The notes: a model not told the origin generated them from the letters alone. DNA of 64,000 nt from Podarcis tiliguerta (GCA_965153285.1 OZ229122.1), one strand, 5' to 3'; numbered from the stretch's first letter, positions 23,207 to 35,479 are shown. A program made the numbers and translations.

Positions 23207-26200
23207 CTAAGATTGCACCTATAACCAGTAATTTTATTGTGTGGGTGGCGAGGGAAGTCATTACTATAAGTCAGTAGCCCAGTGGAGAAAAAATGCTCCT
23301 AGTTGATTTGTAATAAAGTTGTCCAATATATCAGTGAACATACTGATGCTAGATATTCTGGTGCAGTGGGCTCTAATCCACAAAAGCTTGCGCCATTATA
23401 AATGCAGCGAAGCCATCGGGGCTGGACTTTGGGGGCAGAGGTCCAGTGCTACGCTCAGAATGAGAAGGAGCCCCCACCCTGGCAAAGCATCATGGCTAGC
23501 TTGCCATCTTAATACACATTGCCACCTAAAAAGCTTCCCCTCCACATAACAACCATTTTGTCCAAAATCAGTAAAGTACAGTGTATTTTAAGTGTGCCAT
23601 AAAACTCCCTTTACTGCTTCCAACAAACAGAGCTACCCCCTGGAGATCATAATGCTACAGTTTTTCACGTGGCTGTCCAGATGCCCCTGAGATTCTTTCC
23701 TCTTCTAAAGTTATGTTCCCACCAACCCCACCCTTTCGCAATCAGAAAAGGCAGATCCTTCTGTTTCTCATGAGCAAGCCCTTCTCTTAAGTACACAACT
23801 AATCTTATCCACTCAGAATCCTTTACTTTGCTGGCTCATTGCTTAACCTGCAAACGCGCCGAGTCACGATTGCAGCACCAGGGGAAATGGATGACATCTG
23901 GTTTGGTTACCAACAGGAATTCCCCCTTAACCCTCAAAAGTGTATTTTTGGCAGTCGGCCAGGCAACTACTACGTCAGGCGTGGACTGCCAATCTTAACC
24001 AAGATTTTGACATGAATGAAGGGTAAGGCATGCAAAACACATAGAATTATTGCCACAGACTCTGCTCATCCACACACACATCTCCTTGCATTGGAGGCAC
24101 AGTCAGGCATTTGCTGAAGGACCACACCCAAAACAAGGTGGGGGGCATTAGCAAGAGCCCCCTAGACCTATTGCAACGAGGAGGCAGGCTCACTCAAGGA
24201 TGGGGCTCACAGAGGGTGCAACAACCTCGCCATTGTCCATGTTATAGCTGTGCTATCATTTTGTCCCCCAAATGAAATGGCCTCAGCTCTCTAAGCATTT
24301 CCCTACAGCTTTATAGCTGAAAGAAAAATGGTGAAATGACAGACACTTGCTGTTTCTCATAGCGGGCATGAGAAATAAAGGTGGGAAGAAGCTGGAGGTG
24401 TGGAGCCTGGCAAGAAGTTTCCGAAGCTGGCAGGCAGGCAGGAAGCCGCTTGCTCACTTCTTTGAGGACCCAACACTCCTTTTGGTTCTGGCTTCCTTCC
24501 ACCTGTTGCTGCCTGCATTATTTGTAAACAGATATTGCAAAGCTCCCTCCCCCCCTTACTGAATTGTTGATTTTCCACCTGGAACTTTCTGGGGTGGTGG
24601 GAGCGGGTGGGAAATATAATTGCACGTTAACAGGAATGGGAAATATAACTACTTAGGGCTTGTTACTGGACAGTGGCTTCCACTCACCTTGTTACAGAGG
24701 TCTTTCCGACAATGGGAATAATCAACTTGCTCGATGCGCAGGATTTCCTGCACTAGTTGAAGTTCGTTGTCACTGCCAAGCCTGAATTCTTTACGCTGTG
24801 GGCAGCAGGCGGAGGGAGAAACAAGGAGTTGAGGTCAGAAGAGACAAAGGCCCCAGTAGCCAATATAGATATATAGCTTGCTTGCTCCCTACTGGCAAAC
24901 CCATGAGCTCCCACCACCTGTATATTTTTACAATATTTTAAAAAGGTATTGTTGACACTACCAGGAAGGCAAGGGCTCCCCAATACTTGCTGCCCACCAC
25001 CCAGCCTTGCAGTTTGTAAGAGTACAGAAACTTTACTCATTCTGTTAATGCAAGACCTTGTCTCTGTCCTGCCCTCACAATAACCTAATCTGCCCTGTTA
25101 TTTAGTGCCTTCACTTGAATAAGGAGTCCATAGTAAAGGACTACATGTCAATAGACAGATCCACATCTATGGGATCACTTGGAATGCAGCAGTAAATTAT
25201 CTCATAGAATAAAGGGAGGTGTGAATTCTATAGGAACGCTACAATAGTGCATAGCAGTTATGAGTGCAGCATTTGCAAACCACCAAGTTTCCAGTCCTTA
25301 TGATAGGAAGCCAAGTTATGCTCTCGAGTGCATGACCTCTGAGAGGAAGAGACTGATGAATACCATTTCTAGTGTTTGGAAAGAGACCTGCAGAAACCTC
25401 TGCCTTTTTTCATAACAAAATTGGAGTAAATGATGCCACACTGAAACTACTGAAAGCACCAACACGCAAATATCACACACCCAAAACCCAAACCAAAAAA
25501 TCTGATTCTAGCTAAAGGGTGGCAGTCTGAGCAGCAAATACTGGCATTCATCATAGCATGATTTTTCTTCCGGTTTACGTTAGGCTTGGATAAGAGGAGG
25601 ATTAAATGCATTTTTACGTTAATTTGACAGATCTAGTCAAACTAGCGCCTCCGCCCTCTGAGGGAAGCCAACGAGAATGCCAAAGCTTTATTCACAGTCT
25701 GCAAACAATTTTTCTCCTTTTGTCACTGAGGGAAGGTGACCTTTCCAGGTTGGCACAACCTCACAAATGCTGGGAAAGGTAAGATCAATGCCATTTGTTC
25801 AGATTAAATGGGGCCAGGGCTGGGAGAGACTTCCACAACGCTAGAAGGGAGAAAGCTATGCTCTCTATGAGGTTAAGTCTTCGGGGCAAGCTGCAATTTC
25901 AAGGAAATGCCGGGAACGGAGTCCCATACCAGAACAACTTGCCAACTATTTTGTTTATCCGAGAACTCAGCTCAATGGGAATAAGTTATTTGTACTGGAG
26001 TTTACAGTGGTTCAAAGCCAAGAGCTGCAAAATAATAACTGTCAGGGCACAATCACTTTCCAAGTTGTTATGTTACTGGGGAGGTGTGTTATATACAGGA
26101 TAAATTAGGCAGTTTTTCAGGACTGGGCTCCACCTTTTGCTCAAACCCGTCCTGGCACAATATTTGGGGAGGATCATCAGTCGATATTTGTACTTTTGAG

Positions 26201-29154
26201 ATTCTCAGAGGCAGTTTCAAGGAGTTGACACATTTTTAAAAGGTGGGTTAATAAGGGATATAATACGGAGAACTGGAATCGGTCCTTCAGGATTTCTCAA
26301 GAAGTTTTTTATATCATTGACCAAGGCATCCCTTTTAGATAGCTGCCTAAATCCACAGCTTCTGCCAGTGTATAAACTGTGGGTTTAGGCTTTGATCGTG
26401 AGCAGCCCTATCCAACCTGTTGGCTTCTGAGTATTGTTTGGCTACAGAACCCATCACCCCTGACCACGCTTGGATGGGGCTGATGGGAGTTGTAGTTCCA
26501 AAACACCCGGAGGGCACCAAGTTGAAAAAGGCTGCTCTAGACAAACTGTACACCTTCATCTCTGCAATATTCCTTGCCCAGCATTTTCCTCTTCTGCTCG
26601 CAACAACTCACCAGATCATTCTTCATTTTAGCAACATCCTTCCTAATCCTAAGCACAAATTCCAAATTGTCGAGGATGGAGTCTGGGTACCCGGAAGTCT
26701 CTGGCAGGGGTGTAGCTGAGCACATCAACCCCCACAGTGCAATGCTGATCAGGGGGAAAATAACACCTGGAGGAGGAAGAGAGAGAATGAATGAGGTCAT
26801 ATAGTCAGTGGAACAATGGAAGAATAGTTTCACTGATATAAATTAATCCAGCACTAGTATCACTGGCTCCATGAGGTTGTACAAGAGAACTTCCCAGTGG
26901 GCTGCATCCTGCAGGTCAGATCTCCCATGCTCCCACTCCCACTTTTAAGGGCATTTCATCTTCCTACATGACAGGAAGGAATACCTTTCAAACAAGTTCA
27001 GGGAAAACATGATTTAGAAACATGTGGTTTTTTTTTCAAAAAATATAAACACACACTCATTTTCCATCTTTAATCCAAGAATCACTCACCCACTTTCAGT
27101 TACAAAACTGGGGAACTAGATGTACTACTCATCTCAGAGCCATAGCTACAGGGAGGATGGGAGGCTGTGCCAACCTGGCCCTCAGAGAAGTTCCAAGCCC
27201 CTCTGGCCTGAATTTTAATCAATAATAAGAGACACAAAGGGAAAGGCTTTTGCTGGCTGGCCTAGCGTGATACAGCAAGTATTCTGCCCACTATAGGTTG
27301 AGATTATTAAAACGCAAACCTACATTCTATTTTAACTGGAGTTCGGTCCCCAAAGGGCTGGTCCACACTAGGCTAGGAGGAGAGGGAGAAGTCCTGTACA
27401 GTATTTAGATCATAGAATTGTAGAGCTGGAGGGGACCACCAGGGTCATCTAGTCCAACCCCATGCAACGCAGGAATCTTTTGCCCAATGTGGGGCTCGCA
27501 CCCACAACCCCGAAATCAAGTGTCTCATGCTCTACCGGCTGATTACGCACAAATGGGAGACGGGTGTAATGGAAGGGATCTTGTTCCTTTGGAGGGATCT
27601 CCCCTCGGTCACGTTTATCTTCCGGCAGGCGGAGGAAGTAGCGAGAGCACTCCCGCTTCCACGTGTTGCTGCCGGGCCGCAGCGGATAATTTTGCTGATT
27701 TTTTTGTTCTCCCTTCTCGCAGTAAGTCATCTCCTTGCTCAGCCCTTTTTGGCGGCTTTTTATTTTTTGCAAATAAATTCATTAGTGGGGGAGGCGGGGC
27801 TGGCAATTCGCGCATACACTAGTTATTTTCTCAAATAAGAAGCCGCCCCATGGAGAAGTCTTAAATCACCCTCTCCACACATTTAGGATGCGTGGGGGGG
27901 GAAATCCAAAAGTCCCTACTCGAGCGTAAAACAGAACTGGGGCGCGTTAAGGGTTGGAGATGGGAAAAGAGTCGGGGGGACCCCACCCAGAGGATCAAAC
28001 TATCTCTTATACACATCCCGATTCCGAAGTTTCTGGCCCGCCGCCCTTTGGTTTAAAAAGCGGCGTGGGAGCGGGAGCCGCCGAGACGCGCCTGCGCGCG
28101 GGGCGTGGTTTCGGCTCGATTGGGTGGCCCGTGGCAAATCACTTTTTAGCTAATAGAGGCGGCGGACTTCAGGCTTGCGAGGGTGAGGAGGGGTGTGTGT
28201 CCCCTTGTGTTTTCAATAAGTAGACCCGCTAATCTGAGCCGGGTGGAAAAGAAAGCACCTTGAGAATTTAACTCTCACCCCTGGAAGTTGTTTCGAGTAC
28301 CAAAACTAAACCGCGCTCGCAGGCCTCCACGCAAAGACCCAGCTCTGCAATGCACTTTAGGGTGGAGTTTTGCTGCCGTCGTTTGTTTGCTAAAGTAACC
28401 CGGAGTGAATCCTGGCCGGTTTTTATTGCAACCTGCCGGGAGATCAAGATCTCCACCCGCAGACTTGAAAGTAAATTAGAAAGCAAATCCAAGTCGCCGA
28501 AAAGGAGTGTGGAGATCAGGGAATCATGCGGCAGGCAGTTCCAGAGGTTAACGCTGTTCAGCCTTTCCTAAAAGTCACAGGGACCTCTTGTGAAACTTAA
28601 AAAGTGTCTCCTTCGAGCTCGTTTGAGGAACGATACAAAATATAACCAAGAATAACTTTTGAAAGAACTTGGCTTTTCTTCTGGAGCCCGTGGCTGGGAG
28701 GCTGGGAAATCTGAGCGAAAGAGTTGTCTCCCTGCCCCTTTAAGACTAAAAACAGGAATCAGCCCCTTGCTCAGAGAAAAGACCTAAACAAACGAACAAG
28801 CCCAAGGTTTATTAGCCTTCAAAAATCTCTCCAAGCTGGTTTTACCTTAACCACTTTAAACCTAACAGCCCACCATCCTTTCCATAAGAAAATCTGCTAT
28901 TTTGGGCGTAACGCATAGTTGGAAGAGAACTCTTCTGCTAAACCCGAGACTCTTTCTCCTTTCCCATCCGCCGCCCCACAAATGTATGAAACAGGCTTTC
29001 AGCAGGGAGTAGGTAAATAGATTTACCCTCCTTATAAATAACAAAATCCAGCTGCGCTTGCCCCAAAGCATGCAACTTACCAGCTCGCTCGACCTCTGCG
29101 CCAGGCGCCTAGAACGGGCTGACCAAAGTTCTACTTACTTCGTTCTGAGCTCAT
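20604..29154 (-). CDS. CSF3: Granulocyte colony-stimulating factor (G-CSF / myelomonocytic growth factor-like), 5 exons, about 192 aa
   Basis: MSSERS/VIFPLISIALWGLMCSA^TPLPETSGYPDSILDNLEFVLRIRKDVAKMKNDL/RKEFRLGSDNELQLVQEILRIEQVDYSHCRKDLCNK/EDCFNQIQTGLSTYQHSLSHVAQILPSFSEKVTGLQLDLSNLSTNIHRQ/ILESVVTAVTFPQGETLDLQNQRAIGSYLVIRNLEKFMEAIARALRHCYS*; exon 3 = 108 nt and exon 4 = 147 nt as in CSF3; intron phases 1,0,0,0; position between PSMD3 and MED24. Confidence 0.92.
21689..21835 (-). CDS. CSF3: CSF3 exon 4 (147 nt, helices B-C)
   Basis: cttgcag|GAG...CAG|gtgaga; CFNQIQTGLSTY...LQLDLSNLSTNI resembles the IL-6/G-CSF family signature. Confidence 0.94.
23161..23202. repeat. (GT)n microsatellite in CSF3 intron 3
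   Basis: About 21 GT units. Confidence 0.95.
24688..24795 (-). CDS. CSF3: CSF3 exon 3 (108 nt, AB loop)
   Basis: gcccacag|CGT...AAG|gtgagt; 36 codons, E46/L47 and C64 equivalents conserved. Confidence 0.88.
26612..26766 (-). CDS. CSF3: CSF3 exon 2 (signal peptide and helix A)
   Basis: cctccag|GT...CTG|gtgagt; hydrophobic signal then TPL mature start and NLEFVLRIRKD. Confidence 0.92.
27408..27545 (-). mobile_element. Short SINE with tRNA-Lys(CTT)-derived head and CR1-like tail
   Basis: Minus strand TCAGCCGGTAGAGCATGAGAC...GGGTGCGAGCCCCACATTGGGC followed by GGGTTGGACTAGATGACC...CTACAATTCTATG; degenerate copy at about 53768-53880. Confidence 0.7.
27560..28520. other. CpG-rich island in CSF3 intron 1
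   Basis: Visibly high CG-dinucleotide density compared with the CpG-depleted flanks. Confidence 0.6.
29139..29154 (-). CDS. CSF3: CSF3 exon 1 coding part (ATG AGC TCA GAA CGA A)
   Basis: aggATGa context, perfect GTAAGT donor giving the required phase 1, about 185 nt downstream of a TATA box. Confidence 0.7.
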
Positions 29155-29338
29155 CCTTCAAAAGCCTTTGAATCTCTTTGCGCTGGACCTCCTCCCACTT
29201 TTTTTCCCTCCTCCTCTCGAGATGCCGGATGACGGCTTGCCTGTACTTCTGCCGGGAAGGAACACACCAGGAGCAGGAGAGGCTTGGCTGCTTCTGTGTC
29301 CAAAGGGGAGTGTGAAAAGATCCTTCAGCCATTAGGGG

Positions 29339-29410
29339 TATTTATAGGAAGTTTGGGGAAATTCCTCCGATGGAATTAAAGGTGTGGCCATTAACGCAAA
29401 TTGAGAAAGG
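29339..29410 (-). promoter_or_regulatory. CSF3 core promoter: TATA box, ETS, NF-kB and C/EBP-like sites
   Basis: TATAAATA (29346-29339), AGGAAGT (29346-29352), GGGAAATTCC perfect kB consensus (29356-29365), TTTCTCAAT/TTGCGTTAA C/EBP-like pair (about 29391-29408). Confidence 0.7.
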
Positions 29411-30579
29411 GGAGTAATTTTTTTTAAAAAAAAAAGATATATCCTGTGGGTCGATGAGTAAATAGAGTAATGGGCTATGATCTTCATAATGTGCTTGGGG
29501 GGAAAAATCCAAGATTTTAGTTAGCAGGACTCCAATCATTACTTTTTCACAGCTAACCCTATTTTTGCAATGGGAACTTCCTTTCGTCCCCCTCCTGCGG
29601 AATGCGTGTTTCAGTGACCTGGGCTGTTTTCAGGTGTTTTGCTTAAATTTGATTTAAATGGATTGCATTTCCTGGTTCTGTGGTTGAAATGTAATACCTG
29701 TGTTGGTTAAAATGTATGTTAGATTTAAAAACTGTTACCCTTTTGTTTTTAAAAAGAATTGCTGGAACAATAATGCAGAAAAACGGACGCACCACAAATA
29801 GTAGCCAAGTTAAGGAAGCACCCATATGTGGAAATCTACTGTTTGCAAACCAGAAATTAAGAAATGGTAGTGGTCTCTCAACCATTTCATATTCCGCCCC
29901 CCTCTTACTTTCACATAGCTGACCAGATTTGACATTAGTGCCAGATCATACTTCACATCTCCTCAAGCAGCTAGCTCTCTTTAAGAAGTATTCAACAGAC
30001 TGCCCCCATTATCTTGCATACAGTATCTTCACAGTCACAATTATATAGGCTGCTGTGTTGCCTTGGGGCTGATGGGAACTGTAGTCCAAAAATCTGATAT
30101 AAAGCAGAGGCTGGTATATAATAAAACCCCTGTGTCTTTAGCTGAATTAGCTCATTTACATAGATGGTTTTAAAACCTAGTAATGTCTCTAGGTAAAGAG
30201 AATATGCCAAACAACTTTCTATATGGGTATTAGTTTGACTCCAAAACACATTAGCTAAAGCGAAAATCCGCTGTACGGTTATCTCCACATTTTTAAGGCA
30301 CTTCCAACACTTGGCTTATTACAGGGGTTACATATTCATCAAATGAAAAGCTTTTGACTAGCCACAAGGTTGCCACAAATCAGTAGTTTAAAACTGCTTT
30401 ACATTTTGTGTTGGATAAAGTGGTCTGTTGCCTGGGTGATTTCTATTCCTGAGGGTGCCATGTTTTGTCATTTGAGGCTCAAGTGGCCTCAGCAACTAGG
30501 AGTGCCTGTCACCATCTTCAGCTGGTCTAACTATTCCTGGACCAGGATAACTTGATCACGGGAGACACTGGGAACTCGC

Positions 30580-30970
30580 AAGACCGGATTATTGCAATGC
30601 ACTCTATGTGGGGCTTCCTTTGAAGTTGATCAGGAAGTAAGATCCTACCAGCATTTTATACTTCCTTGCAACAATCTGCATTGGCTACTGATTCGTTACT
30701 GGAGTGTTCTCAGTGTTATTCGTCTTTGGTATTTAAAGCCCTTAATGACTTGAGACCAGTTTACTTAAGCAGCTGTCTTGCTTTGGCTTATGGAACTTTC
30801 ACTTTTAAAGTGCCACATACTGTCCATGTCTCATTTATGAGCAGTCGATCTTTTAGTGCGACGGCACTGGTACTTTGGAAATGGCTACCCATTGATACCA
30901 GACAGGCCCCCTCACTACGTTGATTTAGAAGCCTACTGAAAACTTTTTCTGTTTCAGGAAGCCTATCAGC
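30580..30970 (+). mobile_element. Old L2 LINE 3' fragment
   Basis: Degenerate DYCNALY.GLP, LHWL, FKALN and LWN.LP-type motifs typical of the L2 ORF end. Confidence 0.6.
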
Positions 30971-32482
30971 AAGACACATGATTTAGTTCCCAGATTTGTT
31001 GGTTATAGGTTTTATCTTTGTTCTGCACCATGATGGCTTTATGTAAATTTGCTTTTAACTGGTTTCTGGATTTCAGCTGTGTTTTTATCTATAATTTCAC
31101 TTGGAGAGCTTTTTTTAAAATTTAATCAAGTTTACAAAATTTATAAATAAATGCTACTTCCCTGTCATTATAAATTAGATAAACCATGTTTATAATCGTT
31201 GTCCAAAGTTTGTCATAATTAGTTCCCTCCCTGACATGATGGTTGACTTGTAGCTAAGTGCATGGAAAGCCAATGCCATATAGTGATCAGAGTCTCAGAG
31301 CCCAGGGTTCAAATCACCCCACTCAGCCATGATGCTCACCAGTCCAGTTTGTGCATAATGCTCAGCCAAACCGTGGCTTCGCATGAATGAGTAAGGATGT
31401 GGGTTCCTAGAAAGCCACTTCGCTCGTGGTTTGCCTTCCTGTTACTCTCAAACCCAAGCTCATGGTTTATCTCTCCCGGGCAACCTATGAGCAGTAAGCC
31501 ATAGAATAAACCTTAGCTACAGCTTATCCATAGAACAAGCTTTGGCTTATTATGGTTTTGCCAGAGTGAGATAAACTATAAGCCCACGTTCAGATGTAAT
31601 GCTGAACCAAACCATGGCTTAGCTCACAGCCGTGTGACAGCAGCAGGATAGGAGTAGGGGGCAATGTGGCTGCGATTTCCTCTCTAGGAACCTTCAGATT
31701 TTCTTGTTCATTGCATGGGCACCGTTAGACAACTAAACGTTAGTCTTCCTTTGGTTTTATTTGTTGATTTCTGGGGTGGTAATACGTTTTTGTGGTCTCT
31801 GCTGTTTTCAAGAACAGTATAAAAATTGTTTTGTGTTAACTAAATAAATAAACCAAGTATCTAACCAGACAAATAATTTTTATCAAAATATATATACGTT
31901 ATTTCCATGTATTAACAGCTAGCTTACAGAATGAAGAGGTTTAGCCTTGGCGTTCTCCTGTTCTATACCTAGGTTGGGCTTGGGGAGGGCAGGTGTTATG
32001 AAACAACTTGTGTGAACATAAGGATAGGATTACATTATCTCCCAAAGCTTGCCCTCCTGCCTATAGAAGTGGCCAGGTCTACCCACACAGCAGAACAGGT
32101 GAGAAAGGACTGTTCCAATCCAGACTGATAGTAAGGAATCCTAGTTGTTGTTGTTGTTTTAATAGTTCTCTATGTAAATTCATCCTCATCATAAAGAGAA
32201 ACACTACTACTACTAATACTAATCATAATCATTGCAAGAAGAAAACTAGCCCAGCAGCAAATGGACTGGGCTGGAATCTTTCTCCCTTATATGCTAGCTT
32301 TTTTATGTTGGGAACTGCTTTTAGGAAACTGGTTGTCTTTTTTTTAACCTAGTAAGAATACATTATGAATTATTATTATTATTTGCTGGATTTCTTTTCT
32401 TCTCTTCTTTTTCCAACACCCTCATCCTTCCAGTCCACTGGAGTGTTCTCCAGCTTTGTTACAAACGATGCAGAGAAAACTA

Positions 32483-32739
32483 CCGTATTTTTTGCTCTAT
32501 AAGATGCCCCAGACCACAAGACGCACCTAGTTTTTGGAGGAGGAAAACAAGAAAAAAAATATTCTGAATCTCAGAAGCGAGAACAGCAAGAGGGATCGCT
32601 GCGCAGTGAAAGCAGCAATCCCTCTTGCTGTTCTGGCTTCTGTGATAGCTGTGCAGCCTGCATTCGCTCCAGAAGACACACACATTTCCCCTTACTTTTT
32701 AGGAGGGAAAAGGTGAGTCTTATAGAGCAAAAAATACGG
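32483..32739. mobile_element. Tc1/mariner-superfamily MITE
   Basis: TA|CCGTATTTTTTGCTCTATAAGA ... TCTTATAGAGCAAAAAATACGG|TA, plus an internal inverted repeat. Confidence 0.85.
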
Positions 32740-34711
32740 TAATCGAGAGCACGACCTTGGGCTGATGAGTTGGAGTGAAAGCACACCCCGGCTTCTGCAA
32801 CTGGCCTCAGGATCAAAGGCCACTATGAGGCTGGATCCCCAAATTCCCAGGAGGAGCATTGCTGGAAGGGGAAGACCAAAAGGAGAAAAGGAGCCGCTGA
32901 TGAGAGCTTGGTCTCTTGTCCCTGTCAAAAAGAACACTTGGAGCAGTCACAATTTTACTGTATTACAGGAAATTCTTAATAAAAAATCTTTTTAAAAAGG
33001 AAGAACACTTGGTGCTAGATGCCAGTTCCCTTGAACTGCAGCAGAAGCAAGAGGAAAGGGTGGAGGGAAAGCCATAAACTGCTATTCAAGCAAGAACAGA
33101 CATGGGATTCACTGTAGGAAAGATTTTTGCACCCCACTTTGCACGTTAACCACAGAACTGGGGAAAATCAGGGGTGTAGGTCTTGTATGACACATTGCTG
33201 TAGGCTGCACTTTTTTTGGGTGGGGGTTTCCAAATATTACTCTTACCTTGATATAAGTGGGTGTCAGGACAAATTGGCCCAAATGTCTCAAAACCAGCCC
33301 TGCTTATAGGGCATACTATTCTGTCTTGCAGAGTCACCTTCTCTTGATGCTTTTGTGCAGATGGATGGCAAGAGGTCTTTGCTTAATGGCCATTGATAGC
33401 TGGTGGCTACTGCACTGGGATTTGTATGGACACTGCATCATCCACTTATGCAGAGCTGGGTAAACACATAAAGGACGAGCCCAAGGTCTGTAGCTGGCTG
33501 GTTGGAAGCAGCCGTGGGAAAGGGAAGCAAATGGAAAAATGATTGCTTTTGGAATTAATACTGCTTTAGGACTGGCTCTTTAGACTGCCTGAGTGTCTGC
33601 TGTCTCCTCACTGCTCAACTTACTTATTTGTAGCTAAACAATCTCACCCTCTACCCCACAAAGCACCAGAAGTCGCAGTAACGTTTTTCAGTGGGTGCTG
33701 ATACTGGAAAACCTTCCCCTGCAACCTTGCACCGTTATACAGTGCTTTTAAATTGTCTACTTTCAGGAATAAAACACAGGTGTCGTGAAAGAGCAACAAA
33801 TGTTTGGTTGTTTCATCATCATCATCATCATCATCATCATTATTTTATTTTACTCTCAGAGGAAGGGAGAGGTGGGTTTTGGTTTTTTGCCTCAGGTGCC
33901 GAACTATATTGCCTGGTCTTGGATGCGACACACCCTGACTTGGGGAGCAATTCCTGCTTCGCCTCAGGCGGCAAAATGTCTTGAACCAGCTCTGAGGAAA
34001 CTTTTTCTGCATCACATGAGAAAATAGGGAGCCTGGCATGTGGGAAAGGATCCATTTCCTTGGGTATTGTTATGTATTGAAGTTCTCACCCTGGCCACCA
34101 GGGGTATCGTGTATATAGTTTTCACTCAGGTCCACATCAGTCAATTTAGGCGGGAAACAGTGTTACAGTGTTGATAGCCGGCTGCCTATAAAAACAGGCT
34201 GGCCGAGCTGTTTGCTGTTCAGTTCAGTTCAGTTCCAGCTTACTTATAAAGAACTACTTGGAGAAATCTCTGTGTCGTCTGCTATGTCCACCCACTATTT
34301 AATAGGTACAGGCCCCCTTGGGCCTCCTGAAACATTGCAAGGGAATGGTAGGGGGCGTCAGAAGTGCCCTACTGGGTCAGACCAAAGGCACACCTAGTCC
34401 CGCGTCCTATTCTCACAGTGACGAACCCCACAACTCAGGAAAGTCTACAAGAAGGATATGAGCACAATGGCCCTATTCCCACTTTGGATTTCCATCAACT
34501 GGTATTCAGAGGCCTGCTGCCTTTGACATTGGAGATAGTATCAAGATCAACCTTCTCAGGACCCCATTTCTGGAATGTCCTCCCTAGTGAGGTGTGTCTG
34601 TCTCCCTCATTACGGACTTTCAGGAAGAATTTAAAAACATCCCTGTTCACGCAGGCATTTGACGGCTGAAAGATACTGATCCTGGGAACTATGAAAATAT
34701 TTGGGCTGGGA

Positions 34712-35479
34712 GAACAGGGAGAAATGTAAAGTATTGCACTTGGGCAAAAAAAATGAGAGGCACAAATACAAGATGGGTGACACCTGGCTTGAGAGCAGTA
34801 CATGTGAAAAGGATCTAGGAGTCTTGGTTGACCACAAACTTGACATGAGCCAACAGTGTGACGCGGCAGCTAAAAAAGGCAATGCAATTCTGGGCTGCAT
34901 CAATAGGAGTATAGCATCTAGATCAAGGGAAGTAATAGTGCCACTGTATTCTGCTCTGGTCAGACCTCACCTGGAGTACTGTGTCCAGTTCTGGGCACCG
35001 CAGTTCAAGAAGGACACTGACAAACTGGAACGTGTCCAGAGGAGGGCAACCAAAATGGTCAAAGGCCTGGAAACGATGCCTTATGAGGAACGGCTAAGGA
35101 AGCTGGGCATGTTTAGCCTGGAGAAAAGGAGGTTAAGGGGTGATATGATAGCCATGTTCAAAGATATAAAAGGATGTCACATAGAGGAGGGAGAAAGGTT
35201 GTTTTCTGCTGCTCCAGAGAAGCGGACATGGAGCAATGGATCCAAACTACAAGAAAGAAGATTCCACCTAAACATTAGGAAGAACTTCCTGACAGTAAGA
35301 GCTGTTCAACAGTAGAATTTGCTGCCAAGGAGTGTGGTGGAGTCTCCTTCTTTGGAGGTCTTTAAGCAGAGGCTTGACAACCATATGACCATATGTCAGG
35401 AGTGCTCTGATGGTGTTTCCTGCTTGGCAGGGGGTTGGACTCGATGGCCCTTGTGGTCTCTTCTAACTCTATGATTCTA
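34712..35479 (+). mobile_element. CR1 LINE 3' fragment
   Basis: KCKVLHLG...EKDLGV...RPHLEYCVQFW...LEKRRLRGD motifs; ends in the ctatgattct CR1 tail. Confidence 0.95.

Noticed and set aside
26600-26611. Human-type alternative exon-2 donor adding three residues (VSE)
   Set aside because: No second GT at +10; the sequence is GTGAGTTGTTGC
27085-27145. Alternative CSF3 exon 1 with a GTGAGT donor near 27089
   Set aside because: In-frame stops lie between the nearby ATGs and the donor; no TATA/kB context
27480-27545. Functional tRNA-Lys gene
   Set aside because: Mutated anticodon and T arms, and fused to a CR1-like tail; it is a SINE head
29135-29332. 65-aa ORF MAEGSFH... as an extended CSF3 N-terminus
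   Set aside because: ATG lies only about 7 nt from the TATA box (before the expected TSS) and gives the wrong phase at the donor
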